A stretch of 64,000 nucleotides of DNA from the human T2T-CHM13v2.0 reference genome, Homo sapiens. Shown piece by piece: positions 16,980 to 31,100 of this stretch; the first letter of the stretch is position 1; each line of letters starts with the position of its first letter. The stretch is taken from assembly GCF_009914755.1 (NCBI RefSeq), contig NC_060935.1; one strand, given 5' to 3'. Position numbers and translations under genes: made by a program. The notes beneath the pieces are model-generated. The model ran no database searches. It had not been told where the DNA came from and saw nothing but the letters and a program-made list of their open reading frames with translations.

Positions 16980-17294
16980 ACACTGATGCTAGAAATGTTA
17001 AATGGTGCAATCACTGGAAGACATTTTCACAATTTCTTAAGAAAATTATATGTACACTTAGCAATGACTCCATCATTCTGCTTCTAAATATTTACCCAAG
17101 AGAAATAAAATTAATGTCTGTATAGAAGCTTGTACATGAATGTTCATAGCAGCATTATTTCTAATAGTTAAAAACTAGAAATAACTCAAATGTGTATCAG
17201 CAGTTGAATAGATAAACAAATTTATGGTATATACATACAATGGAATACTCTTCAGCATTACAAATAAATTCACTCAGTCTCTCCTCTCTCTCTT

Positions 17295-17348
<54 letters not shown>

Positions 17349-17680
17349 CATGAATGAATCTCAGATGAGTAATGCTAAGAAAAGGGAGACAAAAAATAAT
17401 ACGTTTATCTATACAGTCATTTATACACAGTTCTAGCAAATTATAAACTAATCTGTAGTGAGAGAAAAGAAAAAAGAGTTCAGCTACTATGAGGATACCG
17501 AAGAGGGTAGGGAAGAAAGTTTATAAAAGACATGAGGAAAATTGTGAGGATGACAAACATATTAATTAGTAACTTACAATGATGATAGCATAGGTATTTA
17601 CATATATCAAAGTCTTAAATTAGACAACATATACATAGTTTATTGTTCATTCATTACACTGCAATAAAACTAAAAAAAAG
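16980..17680 (+). mobile_element. Old L1 (L1MC/ME-like) 3' end
   Basis: TATTTACCCAAGAGAAAT, GAATGTTCATAGCAGCATTATT, CAATGGAATACT motifs. Confidence 0.8.
17278..17346. repeat. Compound (TC)n(TG)n microsatellite
   Basis: Direct reading; about 19 TG units. Confidence 0.95.
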
Positions 17681-18101
17681 CCTTGAAGTTATTTATGGTG
17701 AGAATATTTGTAATACTCTGTACAAACATTTTGATGAGAAGGAAAGTAAGATCTATGCATGTTTCTCTTAGTCCCTCTGAAAGCCTCTCTCTTCAGAATT
17801 GAATGGAGAATTTAGACCTCCACTCAGGCCCTGCTTCTCTTCCGTGTTAAATTAGTACCACATCCAAGGTGATTACAAATAAGCCTTTTCCCTCCTAAAA
17901 ACTTCAGACCAATTCCATTGGGATTCTTTGATCTTACATGTATATTTGGGCAAAAACTCCCCAAAACTCTGTTTGTAAAAATCTGAATATGTAAATGGAG
18001 GTATTCCAATTATTGCTAAGTTTCATGTAATGAGGTGATCATATTTCCAGTGTAAGCCAAGTTCACTACAGACTATTAAACTTTTAGGAGCCCATGGGAA
18101 G

Positions 18102-18262
18102 AAGGTTGCCTTATAAAATACAGGACTCCTACTTACATTTGAATTCAGATAAACAATGAACGACATTTTCGTATAAGTATGACCCCAAATTATTCATTAT
18201 TTATCTGATATTCAAATATAACTGGAAGTTCTGTACTTTTATTTTCTAAATCTGGCAACTCT
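18102..18262. mobile_element. MER53 palindromic hAT-type MITE, internally deleted
   Basis: Termini GGTTGCC...GGCAACT; arms TTTGAATTCAGATAAACAATGAA / TTCATTATTTATCTGATATTCAAA are reverse complements. Confidence 0.85.
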
Positions 18263-19350
18263 TCCTGGGATTGCCATAGTTGATTTGGACAGAAAATAAT
18301 GGAAACAGTAGACATATTGATTACATTTGGGGTAGTCAGCATGTCAGGGAGCTTTTAAAATTTATTATTTTAATGTATATATTGCTAGAGGTTCATGATG
18401 AATCTGTGTGTATGTGTTTATGTGTGTGCATAATTGAATTTGTATTTTTCAAGCCCAATGATATACAATGACTATGTACAATGGTTAGGCTGCTAGCCCA
18501 GTTATATTTGCAAGAATGAAATAACATGAAAGAAGAAATGCATATCTATGGTTTTTGACTCATTAGTGTATCATTTTTTTTTCTCAGTTTGAGCAGAAAT
18601 TGAAGCTGGCTAAGCACTGCCAATAATGCAAATGAAGGCCTAATCAAAATGATAAAACGTACGCTAATCCTTGATAAGCTATCATTCTCCGTGTAAAGTG
18701 TAGTAAGCCATGTGTTCACTATTTACATCTTAACTTGAATATGTAAGGGGGTGGGCATATGGCTGTAGTTTCTGAATGTGTTTCTACATTGAGGAGATTT
18801 GAATCCTGGAAGAGATCTTATTCCTTCTCTGATGGAGAAATAAGCCAATTTTCAGAAAAAGTACTTGGAGCAAATCTTTCTGCCCCACAATATTAACACA
18901 GTTGCCCATCATTTCCTCTGTCATAATCATCTCTGTGATACTAAAGAGGATCACTTAAGAGGAAGAATAAAGAATAACAGAGTGCAGCTCTTGAGTTTTT
19001 TGCAATATCAGAGTAGAAAGAAAACGAGCATATGTAATGTCACAAAACAAAGACAAGAAAATATCTCAAGAAGGGTTGTTTCATCTGTGTTTTCTATTGC
19101 TGAGTGGTTGATAAAAACAAGAACAGAGACGTGAACCTAATATTCGACCACATGAAAATTATTAATGACGTTAATAAAATAATAATTTGTGGAGTTGTGC
19201 TGGATGGGAGTATCAAAATTTGGCTGCAAGGGAGAGATAGAGAGGAAAATGAAACAGTATATATATTGCTATGAAAAGAAGCAGATAAATGGACAAACTG
19301 GTGATACTTGAAGAGGACATGAACAAATAAATTATTTTTTGAATTATTTT

Positions 19351-19720
19351 TCTATTAGTCTGTTTTCACACTGCTATAAAGATACTACCTGAGACTTGGT
19401 AACTTTTAAAGGAAAGAGGTTTAATTGACTCAGTTCCACATGGCTGGGGAGCCTCAGGAAGCTTACAATCATGGCTGAATACAAAGGAGAACAAAGTACC
19501 TTCTTCACAAGGCTGCGGGGTGGAGGTGGGGGGAAGCAGGAGACACTTATCAAACAACCAGATCTCTTGAGAACTCACTCACTATCACAAGAACAGCACA
19601 GAGTAAACTGTCCCATGATCCAATCACCTTCCGCCAGGTCCCTCTCTCAATATGTAAGGGTTACAATTTGGATTGCATTTTGAGACGAGATTTGGTTGGG
19701 GACACAGCCAAACCATATCA
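19351..19720 (-). mobile_element. MST-type MaLR solo LTR (MSTA-like)
   Basis: TATTAGTCTGTTTTCACACTGCTATAAAG...GGGGACACAGCCAAACCATATCA. Confidence 0.88.
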
Positions 19721-19723
19721 GCT

Positions 19724-20064
19724 AGCTAGATGTCTTTCTTTCTTTCGCTTATTTGTCTGTTTGTTTTGAGACAGAGTCTGTCTCTGTGGCCCAGGCTAGA
19801 CTGTGGTAGTGCAATCTCGGCTCACTGCAACCTCCATCTCCCAAGCTCAAATTATCCTCTCAGCACAGCATCTCAATTAGCCAGGACCACAGGTCTGCAC
19901 CACCATGCCCAGCTTTTTTTTTTTTTTTTTTTTTTTTGATTTTTGGTAGAGACAGGGTCTCACCATGTTACCCAGGCTGGTCTCAAACTCCTGAGCTCAA
20001 GCAATCCACCACCTCCGCCTCCCAAAGTGCTGGGGATACAGGCATGAGCCACTTCACCCGGCCC
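19724..20064 (-). mobile_element. AluJ with 13-bp TSD
   Basis: CTCCTGAGCTCAAGCAATCC diagnostic; AACCATATCAGCT at 19711-19723 and 20065-20077. Confidence 0.92.
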
Positions 20065-20807
20065 AACCATATCAGCTTTTTATTTCTAAAATGTTATGTG
20101 GGAGAATTTTTGTAGTGTGATAGGGATAAACCAGTAAATGGGAGAGATGATATTCTAAGGTAATTCAGAATAATTTCAGGATTGAAGTTCTTGATGACAT
20201 TGTAAGGGATCATGTCTAGATCAGAAGCTGGGGAATGCACGGGTTGACCCTACAGAAAAGAAAATTCACCGGCAGTAATAGGGAGAATTTTGTGTACGTT
20301 CTTGAAAGAGTACATAAATGATCATTTCTATTTCCATAATGAATGTAAGTGGAGTTTGTCAGTTGAAACGGTGGTGGTCATAGAATAGGGTAGCTGGAGT
20401 GGAAATTTGACAAAAATGAACAGGTATGCACTAGTCATTTTAGAGATTAGGAAAGTCTCAATATCAGTGAAGTGTAATAGGACTATTATGCAGTGTTGAG
20501 GGTCATTTGATGTTTGCAAGTCTAGCCAGCATTTTTTTTTTTTCACGCAGCTGTACCAGTGCCGACACAGAACAGCTGGACAGATGAGGTGAAAGGAATG
20601 TTTAAGTGAAAAAAATACATTCTCAGTTTCAGCCACAAAGTGGCAGTGTTTCCACAGTCAAGTCAATTGACCCTCATACGCCTCATAGGAAGACACGGTT
20701 TTGGGCTAGATAATCTTTAAGCTGTTTACCAGCCTTATGGTTTTGGAAAGACTTTAACAGTGTTCCATGTAATGTATTAAATATGTGAAGGAAGAAATAT
20801 AGCAAAA

Positions 20808-20850
20808 AAGGAAAGAAGGAAGGGAGGGAGGGAAGGAGGGAGGGAGGGAA
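20808..20850. repeat. (GGAA/GGGA)n tract
   Basis: Direct reading. Confidence 0.85.
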
Positions 20851-21819
20851 TTACTCTAGAAATTATCAGCTCTATGACAAACGGCTCGAAATTAGGCACT
20901 GAAATACTATTTACTGCATTTCAAGTATTGGGATCTCTGCTGCAAAAACACATATTCTTTATCAGGGTGACCACCCATGAGAAGAGATTGTTGGCTGCAG
21001 GTGGGGGAATAAAATGGTCTCTGCTCACTGGAATGGCTTTCTCAGTTGATTTTGTGATGAGATTTGGTTTCATTAGACCTCACCTATCCCATTTCTGCTT
21101 TTATCACGTTAATTGTATAGGGGCTCTGATAGTCCTAAATATTATTTTTAAGCATTTTCTGGCTTATCTCTGAGTAATTACATGTGATAAAATGAAGAAA
21201 CTACAAAATTTCTAACCCATGATGGCTTTATATGCTGTTCAAAATTTTTTCTTCATGCTGAAATTCCCAGTTTAGAATCTATAAAATGTTTAATGAGATA
21301 GTTATTTGATAACATTTATTAAGTACTTATGATAATTAAAAACCCATAGAAATTTCAAAAAAAATACTATGTTACACAATGTTCTGGAATAAAGTAAATC
21401 TAACCAGCATTTTTTAAATAGACTTTTCTAAAATGAGAAGTGATACATTTCAAGAGGAAGATAAGATATTTTGTTGCTTTTCAGACAAGGGCTGAAGATT
21501 GCTTATTTAGAACGATTTTCAGGTTTCAAAATATACTCTTCAAAAACCGGTCTAAAATAGGAATGACACTTAGGATAGAAATAAAACAAAATATTTTCTC
21601 TGAATTAACATATGAATAATTATTATTTTTATTGAATGTTCACAAAAACATCATGAGAAAGGTACTAAGAAAGGTGAGGCACAGAAAGCAAGCAATTAAA
21701 GAAGTGATTTTGTCACTGTGCTCAATCAATCAAGCATATTATATCACTGTTGTTATAATTATCTAACTCTGATGAGTTACCAGCTGAAAGATCTTACTTA
21801 AAGCAGGTCCTTACCAGAA

Positions 21820-22094
21820 GAGCCCATGTTACAGATGAAGCTCCAAAGGCTATCTGCTGGAGAATTTCTCTTGCTCAGAGGTGGTCAGCCTTTTGTTCAA
21901 TTCGGGCCTGCAACTGATTGGATGAGGCCCACCCACATTATGGAGGGTGATTTGCTTTGCTCAAAATCCACCGATTTAAATGTGAATCTTATCCAAAAAA
22001 CAAAAAACAATCACAAAAACACCCATAATACTGTTTGACCAAATAGCTTGGCATCATGGTCCAGGCATGTTGACACCTAAAGTCGATTATCACA
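21820..22094 (-). mobile_element. MLT2 (ERVL) LTR, 5' portion
   Basis: CAACTGATTGGATGAGGCCCACCCACATTATGGAGGG...TGTTTGACCAAATA...GTTGACAC...ATCACA. Confidence 0.85.
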
Positions 22095-24737
22095 GTCAGT
22101 AATATCATAAATTGTGTATTTGCCCCACATTAGACCAGTCATGCTTTCTCTGAACATGAACTTCAAATCCATTGTCAATTCACGAAATCACCAGGTTTTC
22201 AGACTTTCAATGCAGAACTTCAAAACCAGGCCTGAGAACTGATACCTTGAATCTACTGAGGCCTCAGTAGGGACTTTCTTCCCTGGAGGGAATGCTCTAC
22301 TCTATAGTCCATCACTCTATTTGACTCTTCACTCTGAAATGCGACCGAGCCTATTTACTCTGTAAACTGCTCTTCTCCCTCCTCCAGGTGATAAAGGCTA
22401 TGTGTACTCTCTTTCCCTTCTTGCCCTGACTTCTAAGGAGCTCATAGCAAAAGCTGCGCTCTCTGGTTGTCATTTCCCTGGACCTAGACGCCATGACATC
22501 ACTGTCTCTTCTACTCTTTTCTTCCTCTTTTTGGGTGGTTATATTCCTAGTGAACTTTGTTCTAACATAATTCATATGTTCTGGGTGAGTCAACTGGCAT
22601 TTGAGCAAATCAGGGTAGCATAATGCCTTGGAATATTGTGCTTGGGGACATTGTCCCCAATGTCACTTGAAGACAAAGTGACATTGGTTGAGATTCTAGC
22701 TCTGTGCTTAATGGCTCTGTGATTTTACTGGTTGGTCCTCTGTTTTTCACTTATCCAACTGGAACAGAGGATGTAAAGCATCTAACTCAAGGCCTGGTGC
22801 ATGATATATACTCAATAAATATTAGCTGTTTTTTTTTTTAAGCAGTTCCTTCTTGTATGTAGAGAAACATTTTGTTTGGTTGCCTTTCCTCATTCACTTA
22901 CACTATTCAGATTATTGCTGATATTATTTGTAAAACACCTACAGAGGGATTAAAACCCAAGTTTATATATATTTTTGCTAGTATTGAAAAATTAAAAAAT
23001 ATAGGCACAACAGAAGCCGAATCAAACTTTAATACTAACATATAAAAGAAGATGCCTAGGGCACATTGACCTACATTGATTGAATTTTATCATAAACAAT
23101 TGAACTTTTCTGGTATTGTTTTTGAAAAATGAGAAATTTCATTAACAAGTCCATTTAAATGTGTCCTACATTATTCTGTGATGTGCCAAGAAAAATATTA
23201 AATATTAATTTTTATTTCAACTAATGGCATGCATTTATTAAAAGTAAATCACTCAAACCTAGAAATTAGGAAATCCCCATGTATTCAGGTTCACCAAAAA
23301 ATAAATAAAACAAAATAAAATAAAGTAATGATAGATCTAACCAGTTCTACTTTGGGTTGGATGCATGTCCACAGAATTGTAAAGCTGCTTCACTCAAAAT
23401 TACCTGAATGAATTAAGCTGAAACTTTGCTCCTCTTTTTGACTCAGTTTCATGAATTGCATTTTACTAATGACCAATCCTATAGTGCTCATCCATTATTT
23501 TTCATTAACTGAAAATGTATTATGAAAAAATTGTTTGAGCTTGCTTAAAGTAAAACACTGTTGTACAGATTAAGTATTCTCAGAGTTTTCGGTATTTTCA
23601 GAGAGGAAGCAGGAGGGAACCAGCGAAAAGGAGAGTAAAATCATCAGTTCTAAATTTCAGAAACTCACTTTGGCATAAGATAGCCCAGATCTATTTCCTA
23701 AAGCTCTCATACTATAAGATTTTTCCTCTATAAGATTCAAGTTTAAAAATGTATTAGAAACCACTTTTGACAAATTATTATTACACTGTTTAGTGATGCT
23801 ACACTAATAGTTTCATAGCACTGCTATGTACAAAGTTAAAAACAGGTCTATAAAGTTCTTTGTTTTGTTTTTGTCTTTTGTGGGTTTATTGTTGTTTCTT
23901 TTGCTTTCTAAATTCATTTTGCTTGTTTCCTATGTTAGGTTTTACCTAACAATCAATAAAGCTAGTTAAAGAGCAGAGTTTCAATGTACTTGCTTTTGCT
24001 TAAATAATCATTTAAATATATTTGTAGTGCCCAGTGTGACGCATCCATCTGATTTGTTCTTTGTTCTATTAAATGTGCCTCTGGAAACCAGAAAAGATCA
24101 ACATGAAGTTATTCAGCCGACACAAATTCATCATTTTCCTAGAACCCAAGTATCTTGAGTGATTTTTTGAATCTCAACTCTTTGCTATGTGCCTAGTTCC
24201 TAGTGTGCTTGCAAACTCAACATTCTGCAAATGTCAGAAGCTGATCCCACACTTCTCCTTATATCATAAGTTCGGCTAAAAGCTAACTTTGCCTCTTCTC
24301 CCTGCCAGCAGTCAGAAGAACCATTTGATCATATTATCAGATTGCCCCAAGTTCATTTGGGTGCAGCTATTAATATTTCAGAAATGATTAAATTCACAAC
24401 ATGACTCTAGTTTGAATCACCATTATTGTGGTCTAGGAACGTTTGTCACCTTAAAACACAGGGTTGTCTTCTACTATAGTAGTCATGCTAGGTGCAAAAT
24501 GGACATTAAGACAGTAACAGGACTATCAGTGTGTGGCTGGGTTAAAAGAAATGATTTAGCAGCCAGGATCAAACTTTTAATGAAATTATAGCCCATTGTT
24601 TATTTAAAAAGGTTTTTGGTTAACAGGATTAGATTATAACTTTTGATGGCAAGAAACAATAAATAGAAATATATACCATACCGTTTGAAGGAAATAAAAT
24701 GGGTAAATCTCAGCACTTGGCTATAATCTCTAAGCAA

Positions 24738-24875
24738 CATGGTTCTCAATTTTTAGGATTAAATGATAATCTGGGATATTTATTAAAACTGTAAGTTTTT
24801 GGGCCCTAGATTCTGATTCGGTAGATATGGCTTTTGGCCCGTGAATCTACATTTTTAATAAAAATACAGGTTTAT
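24738..24875. mobile_element. MER5-like hAT-Charlie MITE fragment
   Basis: CATGGTTCTCAA...AGATTCTGATTC...GGCCCGTGAATCTACATTTTTAA. Confidence 0.65.
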
Positions 24876-25498
24876 TTGCACATCACAGCCTAAAAACTCT
24901 CCCAGACCTGGTAGACAAGGGGCTGGTGAAAACAGTCTTTTGGCCAGAGACCAGAGGCTTCAAGTTGAACTGGCTGAGACAAAGAAAAAAAGTTCTGTCA
25001 CTTATCTCTGTCTTCAGAGTTCTCTCAATTTGATTACCTAATTATTTTTATAAAGTTGTAAGTCTTTGTAGTGCAATTAAATTGTTTTACTACCAATTAT
25101 TTACTGAGTTGGTAAATTTCCCAATACTTTTAGGCAAACCTTTGACTAGTCCTAATTAAAGTAAAACAAAACAAAACAAAACAAAAAGACACAACCCCTA
25201 GTTTCAAGGATCTTCCGAAGTCTAAATAGAGATGGATAGCATTCTACACAGATTCTCAAGAAACAAGGAGTTATTCAACTCTATTTTCTTCCATGTAAAG
25301 GCATTGAGGCTTCAGAGAAAACAGAGTGCATTGTCATCTGTACTAAAATAACTGAACAGAGAATTTTGGGAAGAGTGATTTTATAGTGGTCGACACCACT
25401 TTCCTCAATTCTACTTTACTTCCCAGTGCTAATCAAAGCCTGTTTTTTGGCATCTTCATATATATTAGCATAATTAAACTCTTATTTAGAAAGCTTGA

Positions 25499-25829
<331 letters not shown>

Positions 25830-26494
25830 TAATATGATGTTTCATATGCTTTCTTAATTGCTTTTTAGAAGCAATTTTATTCACTGAAATTAGGTAGTTA
25901 CTGAATGCTTACCCCGTGTTATGCATTGACAGGATTAAAGTATTGAGCTAAACACTCGAAAATTATTGCTTTTATGGAGTTTACATTCTAAAGAAGAAAA
26001 ATAGAAAACATACACAAGTATATAAGCAAAACATAAAAAGAGAACACTCTAGTCTAACTTTAATGTGTTTAGCCTAAATAACTAGAAGGATGGATTCTTC
26101 ACTGATGGGGAAGACTGTCAGAGGAGCTGTTTTGGGGAAAGATTAGCTGTTTCATTGAGTGGGAAACATGTACTTGACTTGATACAGGGTTGAATATTTT
26201 CAATTATATTTAACTATATATTATCTTCAGAAATTTTTAAATCCCAAACATCAAAATGCACTACACTATCATCAGTTTGTAGAAGTGGTAAATAAATATT
26301 CCTGAATTGGTATTGTTAATTGGGCAAATAATATTTTGCCTTTCAAAAATGTGATCCCAGAGTATAAGTCTCCTAAAAACAGTTCCCTTATAGGTCAACG
26401 AAGATCTTTTTATTTCAAAATCAATAGTAAGAACACATCACACATAAACTCTAAGAAGGGTTATGCCATTGTTTGCTACCCTGTCCATGAGCCA

Positions 26495-26887
26495 TTCTTA
26501 CCATGAACCATGCAAACCTACCCCAAAGTCCGAGGAAGATGAGAGGCCAAAGAAAGGGGCTGACAAATCCAATTTCTCAAAGAAACATTGAAGCAAGCCA
26601 CAAATGGGTCTCAGGTGGTGGCAAGACAAGGTGGTGAATCCCTGTGCCATTGCCCCTTAGACCCAGGGTTTATATACCATAGGGAGAGGGTGGTCCAGAA
26701 GGGATGTGTAGAACAATTGAGGTATCATAACATCAAGGTTGTTTTACCTAATGGCAGAATTTATGGTAAGAAACAAGGAACAATATGTAAGCTGGAATTC
26801 TTACAGGCCTTCCCGGAACTGGGGTTGATCGATCACATGCCAGCATAGTGGATTAGTATCCAAGATGAAATTGCTTTGGCCCCCAGA
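26495..26887 (-). mobile_element. ERV1 LTR, MER93-like
   Basis: Minus-strand GGTATATAAACCCTGGGTC TATA; CCATCTTGGAT-like 5' motif; subfamily name from recalled consensus. Confidence 0.6.
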
Positions 26888-27901
26888 CAGATGTTTCTAT
26901 CCTGTTTCTTTTTCTTCAAATTCCATATTAAAGTTGTATCACTATTCTGTTTTCCCTTTTAAAAAATCTTATGAAAATTGTTAGAGACTTTGTCTGTTTT
27001 ATTTCCCATGGTAATCTCAGGACTTAACACATTGAGTATATAGATTTATGAGCCGGAATCAAGGAAATATATGTTGTATGAATGGATGAGGAATACATTT
27101 CAGAGCTGTTCACTAATTGTTCTTTAGTGGAAGTTTACTTCTTAGATGATAGTTACATAGTTTTAAAGACAATTTTACAAAAACTAAAAGACAATTTCAG
27201 AAATGAAGAAATAAAAAGAGTCTCCATTTCAAACACTGGCTCTGAATATCATTTAGTTTAAAGACATTTACTTTTTAAATGTCTTTCAGAGGGTAACAAA
27301 ACCTAACAGTAATAAGATAAAATGGCACCAGCTTGTGTTTGAAAAGTTTATTCCCAGAGCAAGATTTTTCAAGACTGTGGTGACATTACGTATCTAAAGA
27401 AGAATATGAGAAGCTTTTAGTTTAACTGATGTTTGACATTTTGTCTTTAAAATGATATCTCCATAATATACATTATTCTCCTCATTCCCAGTTTTTCTAA
27501 CACAGAAACGATGGAAATAATGTGTACCACTAGTACTCAGATATTCCTGGTCCAAACTCTATTTTTTTTTTTAATTTAGAGCTTGCATTGGTCTGTGTAA
27601 ATCATTTCAATCTTACATACCAATGATTCTATGTTAGTTTATTAGACATCTTTAAGAAACATCATTGAAAAAGCAATTTCTCTTACGAGTATTTTATGTT
27701 GTAATAACGCATTTAAAGCATTTTTGAATTTGGACTTTAAAAATTGAAGTTTCAGTTGATTCAAACAACAGAAGCACTGAAATTCCCCTTTGTAGATAGG
27801 ACAGTGGTGGGAGTAGGGAGAAAGCTTTGCTTATTTCAATTGTCCTCAGACTTTTATCTATGAAAAGTCATTCTGGGTGTTATTTTAAAACATGGATGCT
27901 C

Positions 27902-28155
27902 TTGTTCTCACTCATAGGTGGGAATTGAACAATGAGAACACATGGACACAAGAAGGGGAACATCACACACCGGGGACTGTTTTGGGGTGGGGGGAAGCGG
28001 GAGGGATAGCATTAGGAGATATACCTAATGCTAAATGACGAGGTAATGGATGCAGCACACCAACATGGCACATGTATACATATGTAACAAACCTTCACGT
28101 TGTGCACATGTACCCTAAAACTTAAAGTATAGTAATAATAAAATTAAAAAAAAAA
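27902..28155 (+). mobile_element. 5'-truncated primate L1PA 3' end with 15-bp TSD, inserted in a MER5-like element
   Basis: TGTTCTCACTCATAGGTGGGAATTGAACAATGAG...TACCCTAAAACTTAAAGTAT plus A tail; TSD AAAACATGGATGCTC (27887-27901, 28152-28166) at a TT/AAAA site. Confidence 0.95.
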
Positions 28156-31100
28156 CATGGATGCTCACAGTACAACTCTAAGGATTCTAATTTAACATAT
28201 CTGTGAGGAAAGGGAGATACCAGAATTCTCTATTTGAGGGTGATTCTAATGCACAGAAAGATTGAGAATCGCTGGCATAGGTAAACAAATAAAGGTAGTA
28301 CACATGTAAGGACAACATTTAACTATCTAAGGAAAAAGTATTATTTCATCTCAAGTATACAGAATATATTCAAATGCCATAAAATATTTTTTATTTCATA
28401 TTTCTATAATTCAATTTTTAGCACTTACATGGCCCTGCCTAAGCGAGCCTGCAGGTTCACTAGAAAAGGAAAGCTGCCTTCCAACATTCTCCAAGTAACT
28501 ATGGAGACTTTACAAACTGGGTTACAATTATCTTCCATAGTTTTTCCAATCTTTCAATGAACATGAAATCCTCTGTGTTCCACTGTGATAAATATATAGG
28601 GCAAACTGTCCAAGCACATTACTTTATTTGATTTTTCTAAGCAAGAATAACATGTACCTTGCTGTTTGCCATTGCATCTGGACCACCAGAGCTGGTTTTA
28701 CTGGATGAAAGTAATGTCTGAAATAGATTAATGTGATAGGGATGTCGATCATGAAAAATAATATCAAGTAAACTTGTACAGTCTCCTTCAGAGCTTTCAT
28801 TTTTTTAAAAAAGCAAAGCAAAACAAAACAAAACAAAAATCAAACAAAAAGACACCAAGTTCTTTACAAGTAGCTTTTGTTATTATTTATCTTTCAGCCT
28901 CCATTTTCCCATATTCCTCCTCCCTCCCCACATAGCAATATATTGGCTTTCAACATAACTATTTTATACATTAAAAGAAGTAACACTGTATTCTATATTC
29001 AGTCTGTTTCTGCAGTGTGATAATTTCCTTGAAGTTCTGAATTTGGAACATCCAGTTGGCAGGGAAATAGTTTACTTGTTTCTCATGTATTGATATAAAG
29101 GTTTTGACTGCAATAGTTTACATTAAAGGGGATAGTTTAACATCGCTCTGAAGTGGAAAAATTTCCCCTTAGAATCCTGAGATCTTTCTACGAGCACCAG
29201 TCTCTTTTATTCAGAATATCTCCCCTTCACACTACTCATATCAACCTGTATTCCACTCAATTTCCCTGCACTGGATTTTTCTTTTTGGTCTCTGATCAAA
29301 CTATTTTCTTATCTCTTATTTCCTCTGACTCATATGAAATGACATTAGCTAATCTAATGTGATAGTGAATAATATTGACAAAACCTCAAATTATCATAAG
29401 TATTAAAATACCCTGTGAATTTTTATATACACAAATTTATATTATATTTTCAAACTTTGTGAAACCTGCATTGTTAAGACCTTGGAGAAAATCAAGATTC
29501 AAAGATCTCACATGGATTTCTGTTTTAAGCAACAAGATATCCTAAGCAAATGTAAACACCCTCCAGCTAGCTCTATTTCCCACATAATGCTAATAATTTA
29601 GAAATGCTGAAAAATGGAACAAAACATTGATACAAAGCTAAGCTTAAATGAAAAATGGGTGTATCTACCGTTTTCAAAATGAAGTAGGAACATAAAATCT
29701 TACAGAAAGATACATGGAATGATACTTTGACAGAATGAGGTCAATTTGGGGGCATAAATACAGAGCCTAATAAGAAGACAGTACATTAACATCCATTTGG
29801 AGATGTTAGCAATTATATATGGAGATGTTGCCTTGAGGCCAACCGAGACGTAGAGGAGGTTCTTTACTTCCTGTAAGGCCTGTGGACAAGGCTGGGAACA
29901 CTAAGAAGATATGCTTCAAGCGACCATTGGATCAATGAAGCAAAAGCTCATGTACCTTTTGTCTGACAAAATAATATACAGCCAGCAAAACCACTACCTT
30001 TTATAGCATACACCAGAAATATACTTTTAAAAGCTTCCTCTACCGTTGCTTTAAAAGCTTTCTTGTAAATGGTCATAAATTTGATGGTAAGTACCATAAT
30101 TAGATCCTGCAGAGTACCTAGCAGTATTCCTTCTAGTCAAATATGACAGGTGCTAATACTTGACATTGAGATGAACTTGTCTATATTAGAATAGCTCTTT
30201 ATGAAATCTTACATTTTGTGACCTTAATAAAAGACCAGTTGTGATGAAAGCAGTTACTACAGTCACTGAAGGTGTGTTAGAAATAAGAAAGACATCCTAT
30301 TTCTGCCTGTTGACTTCCTTTTTCAAGACACCTAAGCCAGAACAAGAATCTGAAAGAATTTGGGTAGAAGGTGGTGGAACATGGGAAGGAATATGCTGAA
30401 CATATAAAACATAGGCAATGATATGTCTGCAGACACCTACACATTATTTTTCTTCAAATTGGTTGCTTTGGATTTGCTTGCCTAAGTCCTTGGTTCCTCC
30501 AACTTTGTCACCCCAATATTTTTTATCATTGAACCTTGATGGTTTCCTTCATGTAAGTTATTATTGATTTTAATGTCAATATGTTCACGTATCAATGCAT
30601 ACTGTATACACAGAATTTAGCACCGTCCCCAGCACTCGATAATTTTTTGAATAAATGAAACTTATCTAATACAAAATGAATTTCTTCCTAGGATGGAAGT
30701 GTAAGACTGTTATAATAAATTACATTTTTTAAAAAGAGTATAGATACATTGGCTCTTTATATGGTTAATTTGCAATAATCTTGGCTGACCTTTCCTTTCT
30801 TTGTTACCACAGAACAGGAGGTCTTGGCGTTGAATACTGTGTTGTGAGTGAAATCAGCCAGTTGGCACTAAAAAATTTAAACATGATCCGTCCTTTGCAT
30901 ATTACAGTGGGCCAATGGGAAGAAAGCCAATGTGACAGTGTCTGGAGTGCCTTGGCCAGGACCCAAAGCCTATCTGGCTTTGAAATATAGATTTGAAATG
31001 CTCCGATTAGATTGGGCAGGAAACAGTGATGATCATTATTTCTTGGGTGGAAGACCACATGCTCTCTCTATTCATATGCTGGCTCCTCTTACTGAAATTC

